Of a stretch of 64,000 nt of DNA, positions 19,131 through 28,275 are shown one piece after another. The stretch is from IMG/VR virus record IMGVR_UViG_3300010398_000010, positions 25,349-89,348 of that record; one strand, 5' to 3'. Position numbers and translations under genes: made by a program. This DNA is from a virus (taxonomy: Duplodnaviria > Caudoviricetes). Numbering within the stretch: the stretch's first letter is position 1; the number at the start of each line of letters is the position of its first letter. The notes beneath the pieces are model-generated. The model was not told the DNA's origin. It did not search any database and was given only the letters and a program-made list of their open reading frames with translations.

Positions 19131-19829
19131 ATGGCAACTATCAGCTGGATAACCCCGTGGGGCCAGATGGCCTACGTCCGCAGCCTCAACGACGGCGTCG
19201 CACGAGCGGCGTACGACACGCCCGGTTCTTACGTGATCGGCGGCGCGGTGCCCGGCTACCGGTGCACACCGGTCCGCATGTTTTCCAGCTTCGACGCCTA
19301 CGACGCAGCCGAAATGACCGCCGGCGCGTGGGTCTGTCACGACATGGAAAAGGGCGACGGGTTCCCCGCCCCGGCGCTGGAAAAGCAGCATCCGGCGCTG
19401 GCGCACTCGGTGTTCATCAACAAGGCCAAGCGCCGCGGGCACGGGCTGATCTCCGCGCCCGGCCGTGATCTGGTCTACGTCCCCGGTGCCGACAACATGG
19501 CCAAGCCGGGGGAGGACATCAACGACGCCTACCTGCGGTGCGGGATCCCCGGCATGTGCGCGGGCGCGCAGGTGCTCTCGGTGCAGAGCCAGGGCGCGCA
19601 AAAGGATCTGGTGGCGTTCACGAACCTGCTGACCGCCGCCAAGGCGCAGCTGCCCGACCCGAACCAAGCCCTATGGATGGGGCTGACCACCCAGTTCGCG
19701 ACGGCTAAGAACCTGGTCGACGCGTACAACGCGGCGATGCCGATCGGTGTTTCGGGCTGCTGGCTGACGGTGACCAAGGACAATGCGCAGGCGGCGGTCG
19801 ATTTCCTCAAGTGGGCGTGTGTAGCCTAA
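19131..19829 (+). CDS. hypothetical protein, possibly glycoside-hydrolase-like barrel
   Basis: GAAAGG RBS; HDMEK..P..EKQHP...GLISAPGRDL...SVQSQ...WMGLTT pattern recalled from actinobacterial proteins near GT2 genes; fold is inferred. Confidence 0.45.
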   Translation: MATISWITPWGQMAYVRSLNDGVARAAYDTPGSYVIGGAVPGYRCTPVRMFSSFDAYDAAEMTAGAWVCHDMEKGDGFPAPALEKQHPALAHSVFINKAKRRGHGLISAPGRDLVYVPGADNMAKPGEDINDAYLRCGIPGMCAGAQVLSVQSQGAQKDLVAFTNLLTAAKAQLPDPNQALWMGLTTQFATAKNLVDAYNAAMPIGVSGCWLTVTKDNAQAAVDFLKWACVA

Positions 19830-19847
19830 GTCCGTCGCTGAGGCGCA

Positions 19848-19898
19848 ACCGGCCCGGTCCCCTCTCCCACGGGGGGGCCGGGCCGGTCTTTGCGTTTT
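19848..19898 (+). terminator. Rho-independent terminator ending the late operon
   Basis: ACCGGCCCGG..CCGGGCCGGT stem followed by CTTTGCGTTTT. Confidence 0.8.
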
Positions 19899-20005
19899 CA
19901 TGGGCCGGGCGTGGCGGGCTCAGCGCCTCGCAGCCAAACAGGCCGCCCCGGGCAGTGAGGGGTGGCCCGGCCCGCCGGCGCGGCACAGAGCCGCACAGAG
20001 CCGCG

Positions 20006-20296
20006 CTAGGGGTCGGTCAGGTGCATCGCGTGGACCACGGCCAGCGCGAGCAGTTCGTCATCCACCGGCCGCGACCAATCCGCTTCCGGTAGCTCGCTCA
20101 TGTCGAGGGCAACCGCGCCCTCCGGGCCGTAGTGCGCGCGGGCGGCGTCGGTCAGCCGGCGCAGGTTCGCGCCCAGCATGTCAACGTGGCTATCGCAGCA
20201 CGGGCACGCGAGGTGATAGACCTCGGTGTCGCTGAACGGTTTGAGATCATGATGCGGGCGGCGGCGCGGGCGCTGCCCGGGGTGGCGTCGTCTCAC
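20006..20296 (-). CDS. hypothetical protein with CPCC motif
   Basis: ORF track; start uncertain. Confidence 0.4.
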   Translation of the reverse strand: MRRRHPGQRPRRRPHHDLKPFSDTEVYHLACPCCDSHVDMLGANLRRLTDAARAHYGPEGAVALDMSELPEADWSRPVDDELLALAVVHAMHLTDP

Positions 20297-20443
20297 CGGT
20301 CGAGCCTAGCCGCCAAGCGGAACGCCCCGCCGCCATTGGGACGACGGGGCGCAGGCACCCTCGGGGCGAAACTACTGGACGGGGCACCTTGGCGGCGGCG
20401 TTTCCTGAGGCGCCACCGCCCCGGCTCTTAAGGGGTAACCCCG

Positions 20444-20471
20444 CCGGCCGGGAGCGTGACCTCCCGGCCGG
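20444..20471. terminator. 11-bp stem hairpin, possible terminator for - strand genes
   Basis: CCGGCCGGGAG-cgtgac-CTCCCGGCCGG; weak U tract. Confidence 0.45.
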
Positions 20472-20530
20472 GGGGCAGGTGCCGATTCTGAGCAGATGGT
20501 GTTCTGCGGCACCTTGACGGCGGCCACTCG

Positions 20531-20674
20531 TTAACCACCGCCCCGTTTGCCGCGCCCGGCGCGTTCAGCGATCGTCAGCAGAACCGCGCGGGCGGCCGAC
20601 CAGATGAGCACCGCGACCACGACGGAGACCGCCACCGTGACCGCAAGCTCGGTCCATTGGTTATCGGGCAGCAT
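20531..20674 (-). CDS. small membrane protein (47 aa)
   Basis: Hand translation MLPDNQWTELAVTVAVSVVVAVLIW...; not in the ORF track. Confidence 0.45.
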   Translation of the reverse strand: MLPDNQWTELAVTVAVSVVVAVLIWSAARAVLLTIAERAGRGKRGGG

Positions 20675-20822
20675 GGGCACCGGGATCCGGGCAGTCGTCA
20701 GGTGGTGCGCTGTCCAGCCGCTTGCGGCAGTGCGGGCAGTCCGCGAGCGAGTAGCCCAGATCAGGCGGATCGCCTAGCGGGTAGCTACTCCCCGACTCGG
20801 CCGCTGTCAGTTGGCCGCTCAT
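20661..20822 (-). CDS. small CxxC protein
   Basis: MSGQLT...CPHCRK; ATGA coupling with the upstream gene. Confidence 0.45.
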   Translation of the reverse strand: MSGQLTAAESGSSYPLGDPPDLGYSLADCPHCRKRLDSAPPDDCPDPGAHAAR

Positions 20823-20929
20823 CGCCGGGTCCTGCGGCTGCGCCGGCCGGACGCCCAGATGGCCACAAAGACGATGGCCGCCAAGATGGCGAGCAGCATG
20901 AGCAGGATGAGCGTGTGCCAAGGGGTCAT
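20819..20929 (-). CDS. small membrane peptide (36 aa)
   Basis: Hand translation MTPWHTLILLMLLAILAAIVFVAIWASGRRSRRTRR; GGGAGG RBS. Confidence 0.5.
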   Translation of the reverse strand: MTPWHTLILLMLLAILAAIVFVAIWASGRRSRRTRR

Positions 20930-20935
20930 GGTTGA

Positions 20936-21421
20936 TCACCTCCCGTCCGCTCGCCGGGTCCATGCAGCGGCCATCATTTCGACCAGGCACACCGGGCAGC
21001 CCTTGGTCCCGATGTGAACCGCGAGCAGGTGCCCGCACTGCGGGCAGCCGGTGAATATGTCATCGGTGCCAAGGATCTCCCGGTGGCAGATGTCATCGAG
21101 GTCGGCCGGCCGTGGTGCCCGCCGCTGGCGGTGCTTGCCGTTGCCGGGCGTGCCGATCACCACCCGCGCGGCATCGCCAAGGTCGAGCCCCAGCACTGTG
21201 CTGGCCGGCACGGGCAGCGGCTCAGCGGCGGTCCCGTGGACCGGGCAGTCGAGGTTCGCCTTGGTGATGTGATAGCCGGGCTGGCGCTCGGCTTTGAACC
21301 GTGGGCAGCGGCAGCCGGCCCGGTCGCGGGTCAGGTGCGCGAAACAGCTTGGGTCGCCGCAGGAGCCGGGCCAGTTGCCCAGCTGAGCGCGTTCGGTCGT
21401 GGTCTTGGTCGTGGTCGTCAT
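20936..21421 (-). CDS. Cys-rich hypothetical protein
   Basis: Several CxC/CxxC/CPVH clusters; ATGA coupling. Confidence 0.55.
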   Translation of the reverse strand: MTTTTKTTTERAQLGNWPGSCGDPSCFAHLTRDRAGCRCPRFKAERQPGYHITKANLDCPVHGTAAEPLPVPASTVLGLDLGDAARVVIGTPGNGKHRQRRAPRPADLDDICHREILGTDDIFTGCPQCGHLLAVHIGTKGCPVCLVEMMAAAWTRRADGR

Positions 21422-21714
21422 TTTGGGAGGGATCCCCCTTCCGGATCGCTGCTGACCTCAGCTTGATACGCCTTAGCAAAGGCGTCCACCGCGTTCTGAG
21501 CGGCGGTGAGGTCGTCATAGGTGCCGTTGGCAGCCGGGTGCTCGATGCGCTGGCCGTGCGCCTCTGACTGCGGTGAGGCTGGGTCGCGGGCGAAATATTG
21601 CAGGTAGTCGCCTGGCCCGCCCCACAAGATATGCGCGGTGGTGCCGGGGATCGGTCCCCAGATTTCCATGCCGCTGCCCCGGGCGAGGGCGCGGCGGCGC
21701 AGCGCGGCGCTCAT
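21418..21714 (-). CDS. hypothetical protein
   Basis: ATGA overlaps at both ends. Confidence 0.55.
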   Translation of the reverse strand: MSAALRRRALARGSGMEIWGPIPGTTAHILWGGPGDYLQYFARDPASPQSEAHGQRIEHPAANGTYDDLTAAQNAVDAFAKAYQAEVSSDPEGGSLPK

Positions 21715-22223
21715 GCGAGCACCCCCGCGAAGATGCCGTGCAGCGCCTTAGCCAGCCCAGCCGAGGTGCGGCACCCCAGGCAGGTGCCGAACGTGATCTG
21801 CACCGGAGGCCAGATCCGCCCATCGGGCATCGTGTGCGCCGGGGTCGTCAGGAACGTCGCCTCAAACCCCTGCTCTTGCACCGGCCGCAACTGGCGGCAA
21901 AGGTCGCAGGTCCAATCCTCAGCGGTGCCGGACATCGCCATCATCGGGGACAGCATGCACCGGGCGCACAGCAGCGCCTTGGTGACCATCGACCAGGTGA
22001 GCATGTCGGTCCGCCAGATGTGCCGGCAGTAGGGCCGGCCACCGGTCGCTTGCAGCCACCGGCAGAACTCGGCCCACACCGGCTCACCCCACGGCTGCAT
22101 GTCGGGCCGGTACCGCTCGCCGTAGGACGCGAAATACTGCGCGTTGTCGTCGTGGACGCGGCGGGTCATCAGCGCCGCCGCCTGCGCCGCGGACGGCACC
22201 CGGCTGTCCTTGCGCTTACCCAC
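21711..22223 (-). CDS. Cys-rich hypothetical protein
   Basis: CRH, CARC and CDLC motifs; GTG start estimated. Confidence 0.5.
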   Translation of the reverse strand: MGKRKDSRVPSAAQAAALMTRRVHDDNAQYFASYGERYRPDMQPWGEPVWAEFCRWLQATGGRPYCRHIWRTDMLTWSMVTKALLCARCMLSPMMAMSGTAEDWTCDLCRQLRPVQEQGFEATFLTTPAHTMPDGRIWPPVQITFGTCLGCRTSAGLAKALHGIFAGVLA

Positions 22224-22345
22224 CGCGCACCGAGCTCGAGCTGCTGGGCGTCGCGTTGACGGGCCGGCCCGGGCAGCGGACCTCACCCCACGGCGCGAGC
22301 GTGAACACATGCGGGCCGTGGGGGGCGAAGTTCCCGCAGGAAATC

Positions 22346-22621
22346 TCACGCATCGCTGCCCCCCTCGGCGGACGGCCCACAACTGGCGCAATCCTCATCG
22401 GGCAGCTTGGCCGCATCGCCGCCGGCCTCGCGGATCAGCGTGATGATCGCGAGCTTGAGCAGGTTGAGGTCGAGCACCCCGGCGAACCCAAGCCCGGAGT
22501 TGAGCGGGCCGGGCTCGATGGGGACGGGGTCGCCTAGCGTCACCCCGTTGGCCTCAAGCCAGGTGTGAAAGCTGTTCATGAACTGGCCGTGCCGGAAATC
22601 ATGCTGCAAGTTCTCACGCAT
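22346..22621 (-). CDS. hypothetical protein
   Basis: ORF track; coupled to a downstream small ORF (22216-22353). Confidence 0.45.
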   Translation of the reverse strand: MRENLQHDFRHGQFMNSFHTWLEANGVTLGDPVPIEPGPLNSGLGFAGVLDLNLLKLAIITLIREAGGDAAKLPDEDCASCGPSAEGGSDA

Positions 22622-22708
22622 CGTCGGCCGGACCCCCTTTCGGTTGGAAACCGGTTCTGGTCGGGAACCGGGCCGGACGCACCGTCAGCGGCGATGCGCC
22701 CTACTCGG

Positions 22709-23080
22709 TCACCAATCGGAATGATCCTCAAGGTCGGCTATCGACTCGCGGCTGTCCACCTCGGCCTCCGGGTAGCCGATGGCCAGCATCACCTTGCGGG
22801 CCAGCAGCAGATCGAACTTGTGCTCGCCGCCGTCGTGGTGGTCATCCCAGCAGTTCCCCCGGAACGCCTCGACCGCGTCCCCGACCGTGACGGCGCGGAT
22901 GCCGGACGGCAGGTCGGGCTGGCTGATGGCTTGCTCCAGCCATCCGAGGCGGATCAGGATCTCATCGAGCAGCAGTCCCAGTTCGGCGCGGCTGATCTGG
23001 TCGCCGTCGCGTTCCACGATCTCGACCACCTGCTGCGCGCCGGCCCGCTCATCCTCGGTCACGTCATAGCGCTCGGTCAT
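22709..23080 (-). CDS. hypothetical acidic protein
   Basis: ATGA overlap with the upstream gene. Confidence 0.55.
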   Translation of the reverse strand: MTERYDVTEDERAGAQQVVEIVERDGDQISRAELGLLLDEILIRLGWLEQAISQPDLPSGIRAVTVGDAVEAFRGNCWDDHHDGGEHKFDLLLARKVMLAIGYPEAEVDSRESIADLEDHSDW

Positions 23081-24078
23081 TCCATGATCCCTTCGATTGC
23101 GGAAACCCAGCCGGCCAGGGCAGCAGCAGCCACATCGGCCGGGCTGGCGATCTCGCCCGTTTCCACGGGCTCACCGTTGACCATCGCGGTCAGCAGCCGG
23201 CGAAGAGTGTTGATCTCTTCCATCACCGGGGCTAGGTCGGGGTTCTGGTCAAGGTCGGTCTGGTCGAACGGGTCGCCGTCAGTCAGCCGGGCGAGCAGTT
23301 CGGACCGCGGGTCACCGCCCGGCAGCAGCGTGACCGGCGGCACCAGCATGGCCGTACGCGGCAGCGGGCCAAGCTCGGCCGTGAACGCCTCCTGGCTCCC
23401 CAGCAGGTCGAGATCCGCCCGCCCGCCGACGACCTCGACCTCAGTGATCCGCGACGCCTCGGCCGACTCGATGTCCGGGTGGGTCACGATCACCGTCACC
23501 TCACCGGGCATCAGCCGGGCGAGCAGTTCCCCGCGCTGGGCCGGGTCGAGCCGGCCCGCCGCCTCAACGATCCCGTCAAGCGTGGCGCGGCCGATCTCCC
23601 CGGCGCGGTGGAAGTAGACCCGGACGAACACGTCGCCGCCCTCACCGGACGGCGCGTCGGTGCGGATCGCCTTAGGCATCGAGGACAGCCACGCCTGCGC
23701 TTGCAGCGCGTCCGCGCCCTCGGCCACGTTCACCGACACGACGATCTCGGCCGTGCCGATATACCCGGCGCGGACCGAGGTGACCGGCAGGCGCTTGCCC
23801 GCCAGCACGTCGGCCACCTCGGTCTCAGCGGCGGTCAGTTCCGCCGGCATCGGCCGCTCGGCCTCGCGTAGCGCCGCGACCGTGGTCTCATACGCCGCGC
23901 GCCAATAGCGGTCGGTGCCGACCAGTTGATCGGATGTCCGCACCCCGGTTGGGTAGTCGGCCTGCGCCTCTTCCGCGCCGGCTTGGGCGTTCATCGCCTG
24001 CAAATTGGTGGTCGGGATGAACCGGCCCTGACGGCGGCTGCGCGCCGCCTCGGCCTGGTCATCAATGAACTTGCTCAT
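23077..24078 (-). CDS. hypothetical protein
   Basis: GAAAGGA RBS before ATG 24078. Confidence 0.6.
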   Translation of the reverse strand: MSKFIDDQAEAARSRRQGRFIPTTNLQAMNAQAGAEEAQADYPTGVRTSDQLVGTDRYWRAAYETTVAALREAERPMPAELTAAETEVADVLAGKRLPVTSVRAGYIGTAEIVVSVNVAEGADALQAQAWLSSMPKAIRTDAPSGEGGDVFVRVYFHRAGEIGRATLDGIVEAAGRLDPAQRGELLARLMPGEVTVIVTHPDIESAEASRITEVEVVGGRADLDLLGSQEAFTAELGPLPRTAMLVPPVTLLPGGDPRSELLARLTDGDPFDQTDLDQNPDLAPVMEEINTLRRLLTAMVNGEPVETGEIASPADVAAAALAGWVSAIEGIME

Positions 24079-24646
24079 GACTGTCCTTTCCGTGCATCGC
24101 CTCATCCAAGGTCAGTTGCGAACCCGGCACCGGCACCGGCCGCTCACGGCGCAGCATGCGGGCACCGGTCAGCTGAAACGCCAGATACCCGTCATCCACG
24201 GTCTGCCCGACGTGCCGCCACCCGGCCCGCAGATAGCAGTAGCCCGGCACCTCGCTGGCCACCTCCGCCGGGTCGACAAAAGTCACGATCCCTAGCGGCG
24301 GCACATCCGGCCAGCGGTGCATCGAATGCGCCACCGCCCACCGGATCAGCTCAGACGCCGGTCCTGGGCCACCCTCGCGGCGGTACAGCGTGTTGATCCA
24401 CGCCCCGGCCCAGCGGTGCTTGACCCACTGCGCCTGCGGCCATGAGGTGACCCACACCGCCCACGGGCGGCGGGTCACCGGGCTGGTCTCGGTCTTGAGC
24501 ACCAGGCAGCTGCCCGGCGGGACGAACCCCGACGCGCCAACGTGCTGCCGGTTGTAATGCCGGTCAGCCACCGCCCGCGCGGCCGGGTCATCCCGCCACG
24601 ACAGCCGCCACGGCGACTGCCCCGTCAAAGCTCCCATCGCCGTCAC
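24062..24646 (-). CDS. Mom-like GNAT-fold protein (putative DNA base acyltransferase)
   Basis: ADRHYNRQ..FVPPGSCLVL..WVTSWP..INTLYRRE..SELIRWA..IVTFVD..PGYCYLRAGWRHVGQT; GTGA coupling. Confidence 0.55.
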   Translation of the reverse strand: MTAMGALTGQSPWRLSWRDDPAARAVADRHYNRQHVGASGFVPPGSCLVLKTETSPVTRRPWAVWVTSWPQAQWVKHRWAGAWINTLYRREGGPGPASELIRWAVAHSMHRWPDVPPLGIVTFVDPAEVASEVPGYCYLRAGWRHVGQTVDDGYLAFQLTGARMLRRERPVPVPGSQLTLDEAMHGKDSHEQVH

Positions 24647-24891
24647 GCCCGGTAGGAGTAGGGCGGCAGCGTGAACAGCGGCACCGGATCCGAGGTACCG
24701 GCGCGGTTCGCCGCCCACGCCTCATGGCGCTCCCGCGCCTGCTCGGCGGCGTCCTCATCGGAACTGAACGCCAGCCCTTCTTCCCAGTACCACATCGCCT
24801 CTTTGACCAGGCTGTAGGCGTCCGGGGACAGCTTGACCAAGGCGGCGATCACCTCATCTGCCGCCGCGCGTGCCCGCTGCGCCTCAGTCAT
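24643..24891 (-). CDS. hypothetical protein
   Basis: Coupled overlaps at both ends. Confidence 0.5.
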   Translation of the reverse strand: MTEAQRARAAADEVIAALVKLSPDAYSLVKEAMWYWEEGLAFSSDEDAAEQARERHEAWAANRAGTSDPVPLFTLPPYSYRA

Positions 24892-25415
24892 CGAAGCTCA
24901 CCACCCTTTCCGTGCTCGCGCTCATGGTGGACGCTGTACGCGTAGCTCGCGCCCTTGGTCACCGCATCCTCATAGGTGGCCCGGTCGCCGGGGCTCAGCG
25001 ACTCGATGGCCGAGGGCTCCGGGCGGCACCGCGCGCCGCACTCTGGGCAGACCAGGTGGTAGCCGTGCCGGTCGGTGCCGGCCTCGGCGTAGGGGATCCC
25101 GACCTCGGCGGCGTAGTGCGCCGCGTCCGCCCCGGGCTCGCTGGTCAACTGGACGCGCTCGCCCTCAGACTGCGCAGCCAGCGTGGTGATCGCCACAAGC
25201 TCGTTGGTCACCATGTCAGCGCCTAGCCGCTCGGTCAGCAGTTCCCGCACCAAAGCGGCGTGCCGCCTGGTCAGATCCACCCCGGCCGACGCGCGGATCG
25301 CCTCGGCCTCTTCCGGTCGCCAGCCCGACGCCGGGCCGGCGTACTGCTCGCAGCCCGACTCAAAGCAGATCGCTGAGTCGTCGTGCCGGTGGATGAACCG
25401 CAGGCCCATGCTCAT
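24888..25415 (-). CDS. hypothetical protein with CPEC Zn-ribbon
   Basis: ORF track; ATGA overlaps. Confidence 0.5.
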   Translation of the reverse strand: MSMGLRFIHRHDDSAICFESGCEQYAGPASGWRPEEAEAIRASAGVDLTRRHAALVRELLTERLGADMVTNELVAITTLAAQSEGERVQLTSEPGADAAHYAAEVGIPYAEAGTDRHGYHLVCPECGARCRPEPSAIESLSPGDRATYEDAVTKGASYAYSVHHEREHGKGGELR

Positions 25416-26695
25416 GACGCACCCCGCTGACGGTCACGGCGGGCGAACGACGACAGAGCCGCAACGGCCTGCCAGATCTGCCCCGCCGACGCGTCGCTGA
25501 CCGCGACCCCATCGGGCAGGTAGCCCGCCGCCATCTGCGCCAGCCACACCGGGGGCGTGGTGTCCGTCAGCGGGACGTGCGGGCCGAACGAGCGCGGCGG
25601 CTGGGCCGGGTCGCCCTGCGGGTTGTCAAGGCACTCATCGTCGCCCGATGAGTCCCACCAGATCCCTTGCAGGTGCGGGTGGTCGTCGGTCGCGGTGTGG
25701 ATCTCATCGCCGCAGCCGGCGCAGCGGACGCCGCCGTCGTTGTCGGGGAACAGCGCGGCGAGCGCCTTGCGCAGCCCGGCGTAGTCGCACAGCCCGACCC
25801 GGACGTTGCGCCCGGTCTCGGTGTCGGTGACCGTCACATGCGGGATCTCGGTGATGTCCGCGACGAACCGCGCCGGGAGCGGCTGCCCCTCGGCGGCCGT
25901 CACCATCGCCTCGCGCAGGTCGGTGACCTGCTCATCGAAGTTGCCCCGCTCGGCGTCCGCGACGCACTCGGTGCACGCCTCGGTCATGATCGTCATGCAG
26001 GTGAAGTGGCGGCACTCGTAGGCGCAGCCGACCACGCCGGTCTTGTGCGGCAGACCGCCGCAGTCGCAGGGCGTGGCGGGCTCGGCCTGCCGGACGCACA
26101 CCGGACCCTCATGGTGGTAGTGCCACGCCGCGCTGTTCGCGTCGCGTAGCTCATCGAGCAGGTCGCCGTCGATCACGCCGTAGTCACGGGTGCCGTCGTC
26201 GCTCGGGCACCATTCGTGGTTCGCGACCCGCCCGGAGATCTCGACCGCCTCAGCGGCCAGCTGGGCATCCACCGCATCCGACACGGCGTTGGTCATGGCC
26301 ATCCACGCCTCAACCGAATCATCGTCGGGGCGCTCATCGGAGAACCGGTAATCGCACGCGCCGCACGTCTCCTGCTCGGCGTCGGTCGGGTTCATCGGGT
26401 CGGCCGTGTCCGGGCCAAGCCCCCACTGGCGGCGACCGCAGCGCGGGCACGGCTCATCGTGGGGAAAGTCGAGGTGATCCTGCCTGCGGACCTCGGCCGG
26501 GGCCATCCGGTCGCCGCAGTGGTCGATCAGGTATTGGTTGGCGTCCACGTAGTCGTGCAGCGCGGAGAACGAGCCGACGTTGCGCGGGATCTGCTTGCCC
26601 CACGGGAACGGCTTGCGCATGTCGTCGTGGATCTCGGCCATGATCGCGGCTGCCTGCTCGCGGACCTTGGCCCGGTCTATCTCGGTGGTGCTCAT
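25412..26695 (-). CDS. multi-domain Cys/His-rich hypothetical protein
   Basis: CAGGAG RBS before ATG 26695; several CxxC clusters separated by acidic helices. Confidence 0.6.
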   Translation of the reverse strand: MSTTEIDRAKVREQAAAIMAEIHDDMRKPFPWGKQIPRNVGSFSALHDYVDANQYLIDHCGDRMAPAEVRRQDHLDFPHDEPCPRCGRRQWGLGPDTADPMNPTDAEQETCGACDYRFSDERPDDDSVEAWMAMTNAVSDAVDAQLAAEAVEISGRVANHEWCPSDDGTRDYGVIDGDLLDELRDANSAAWHYHHEGPVCVRQAEPATPCDCGGLPHKTGVVGCAYECRHFTCMTIMTEACTECVADAERGNFDEQVTDLREAMVTAAEGQPLPARFVADITEIPHVTVTDTETGRNVRVGLCDYAGLRKALAALFPDNDGGVRCAGCGDEIHTATDDHPHLQGIWWDSSGDDECLDNPQGDPAQPPRSFGPHVPLTDTTPPVWLAQMAAGYLPDGVAVSDASAGQIWQAVAALSSFARRDRQRGAS

Positions 26696-26781
26696 CGAGT
26701 GTGTCTCCTGGTCTCGGTTTGGGTTGGGGCTGAGAACCCCGCGCGGTGGGCCAGCCGGGGCCGGCCCGCCGCGCGCGATCA

Positions 26782-27795
26782 TCAGTTCGCGGCGACCTCA
26801 AGCGCGAGCTTGGCAGCGCGTGCCTTGAGGGGTTCGGGACGGATCAGCGACCGCTTGATCTTGGTCTCCCACGACCGCGCGTCCCGCGCATGGTCGAGGT
26901 ATTCGCCCGCCGCCTGCACCAGACCAGCGGCGGTGTACCGGATGCCGGCACCCTCAACGGTCTCGCTGGCCAGGATCCCTCGCACAGCTTCGCGGGCCTG
27001 CTCAACGTTGCGGGCGACCCGGTCGGTCACCAGCGGGCTTGAGGGGACGAACTCGGTGATGAACAGTTCCTCCTGCGCCTGGCTGATCGAGACCCCGGTC
27101 AGGTGCTCCATGTACTCGACATAGTCCTTGATCTCGGAACGGACGCCCCGGATCGCCTGCCGCGCCTCATCGGCGTGGTCGCGCCAGTTGCCCCGGTGCA
27201 GGAACGTGTACGTCGCGCCGGTCCGCTCGCCCTCAAGCTCGGCAAAGCGGAACGTGTTGGCGCAGACGATCCGGACCGCAGTGGCCCGGAGCACCACCCC
27301 GCCCTTGGCGTCGTGCCGGGCGGTGATGGCCAGGTACGGCATGATCATGGATCCGTCGCCGCGCACCGCGATGGGCTCATCGAGGCGGATCAGCATCCAC
27401 ACCTTGCGCCCACCCTCAAGCACCCCGCCGGTCTCGGCCTTGAGGTGGTCGGGGTCGGTCTCAAGGATCGCCTCAAAGATCTCCCCGAACTCACCGTGAC
27501 CGATGATCGGGTAGGACTCGGCGGTCAGCGCCAGCGTGGCCCCGGTGTCGGACCGCTGGATCTGCTTGAACTTGGGGATCTCGCGGTAGATGGGCTGGCC
27601 GGTTTCGGCGTCGATCCCATCGAGCGAGTAGACGGGGGCGTCGACCGGTTCCCAGTCGAGCCCGGCCGCAGTGCGGGCACCGGCCCACGTCTGCGGATAG
27701 TCATCGAGGATCAGGGCTTGGCCGTGGTCCTCGCTGGTGCCCTGCCACCAGACGGGCTTGTTAACGCTGAACATCTGCTCGACAGATGCGCTCAT
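26782..27795 (-). CDS. DUF932 (phage/plasmid TIGR03299-like) protein
   Basis: AGLDW..RSDTG..ETGGVLEGGRKVW..HD..RIVCANT motifs. Confidence 0.85.
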   Translation of the reverse strand: MSASVEQMFSVNKPVWWQGTSEDHGQALILDDYPQTWAGARTAAGLDWEPVDAPVYSLDGIDAETGQPIYREIPKFKQIQRSDTGATLALTAESYPIIGHGEFGEIFEAILETDPDHLKAETGGVLEGGRKVWMLIRLDEPIAVRGDGSMIMPYLAITARHDAKGGVVLRATAVRIVCANTFRFAELEGERTGATYTFLHRGNWRDHADEARQAIRGVRSEIKDYVEYMEHLTGVSISQAQEELFITEFVPSSPLVTDRVARNVEQAREAVRGILASETVEGAGIRYTAAGLVQAAGEYLDHARDARSWETKIKRSLIRPEPLKARAAKLALEVAAN

Positions 27796-27807
27796 GGCTT
27801 GTGTCTC

Positions 27808-27866
27808 CTGTTCTGTTGGTCACTACTAGAGTAACACCGAACCCCGACAAAATCATCCGTCCAGAG
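27808..27866 (-). promoter_or_regulatory. conserved promoter/leader element, copy 1 (extended -10 TGTTACTCT plus GACCAACAGAACAGGAG leader)
   Basis: 53/59 nt identical to 30522-30580 by manual alignment. Confidence 0.7.
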
Positions 27867-27936
27867 CCGAAATCAGCCTACCAGCGCAGGCAATTTGGTC
27901 TCACAGCCTTGGTCAGCTGGGCAACGGCGACCAACG

Positions 27937-27975
27937 AAAAAACCCGCCCGCCGCCACCAGGGCAGCGCGGGCGGG
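27937..27975 (-). terminator. Rho-independent terminator
   Basis: CCCGCCCGC/GCGGGCGGG stem followed by T6 on the - strand, just after the stop at 27987. Confidence 0.8.
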
Positions 27976-27986
27976 CTCGCTCGCGG

Positions 27987-28274
27987 TCAGGATCCGATGC
28001 AGGCGTAATAGCCGGCTGCGTCAACGATCAGCCAGCCCGTCTCATCGGGGTCGGGGTAGATCTCGGCGTGCGACCCGGTGAAAAACGCCACCGCGTCCGC
28101 GATCAGGTTGGTGTCGACGCCCTCGGCGGGGATCCGCGCGTCGACCGGGTATTTCCAGTTCTCCGGGTTCGCGACCGCGTCGAACGCGCGGTGCAGTTCG
28201 CGCTCGGTGTACTTGCCGAATGCGGGGCGCTCGTTGTCGAACTGCTCGTAATAGCTGTCTGGCTTGATGGGCAT
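27987..28274 (-). CDS. hypothetical protein
   Basis: AAGGA RBS; MPIKPDSYYE...; ends before the terminator. Confidence 0.55.
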   Translation of the reverse strand: MPIKPDSYYEQFDNERPAFGKYTERELHRAFDAVANPENWKYPVDARIPAEGVDTNLIADAVAFFTGSHAEIYPDPDETGWLIVDAAGYYACIGS

Positions 28275-28275
28275 G

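Noticed and set aside
22565-23617. Long + strand ORF, and similar ones at 38639-40258, 44414-46270 and 47689-49227
   Set aside because: Antisense shadows of well-supported - strand genes; long stop-free frames are expected at this GC content and the translations carry no motifs
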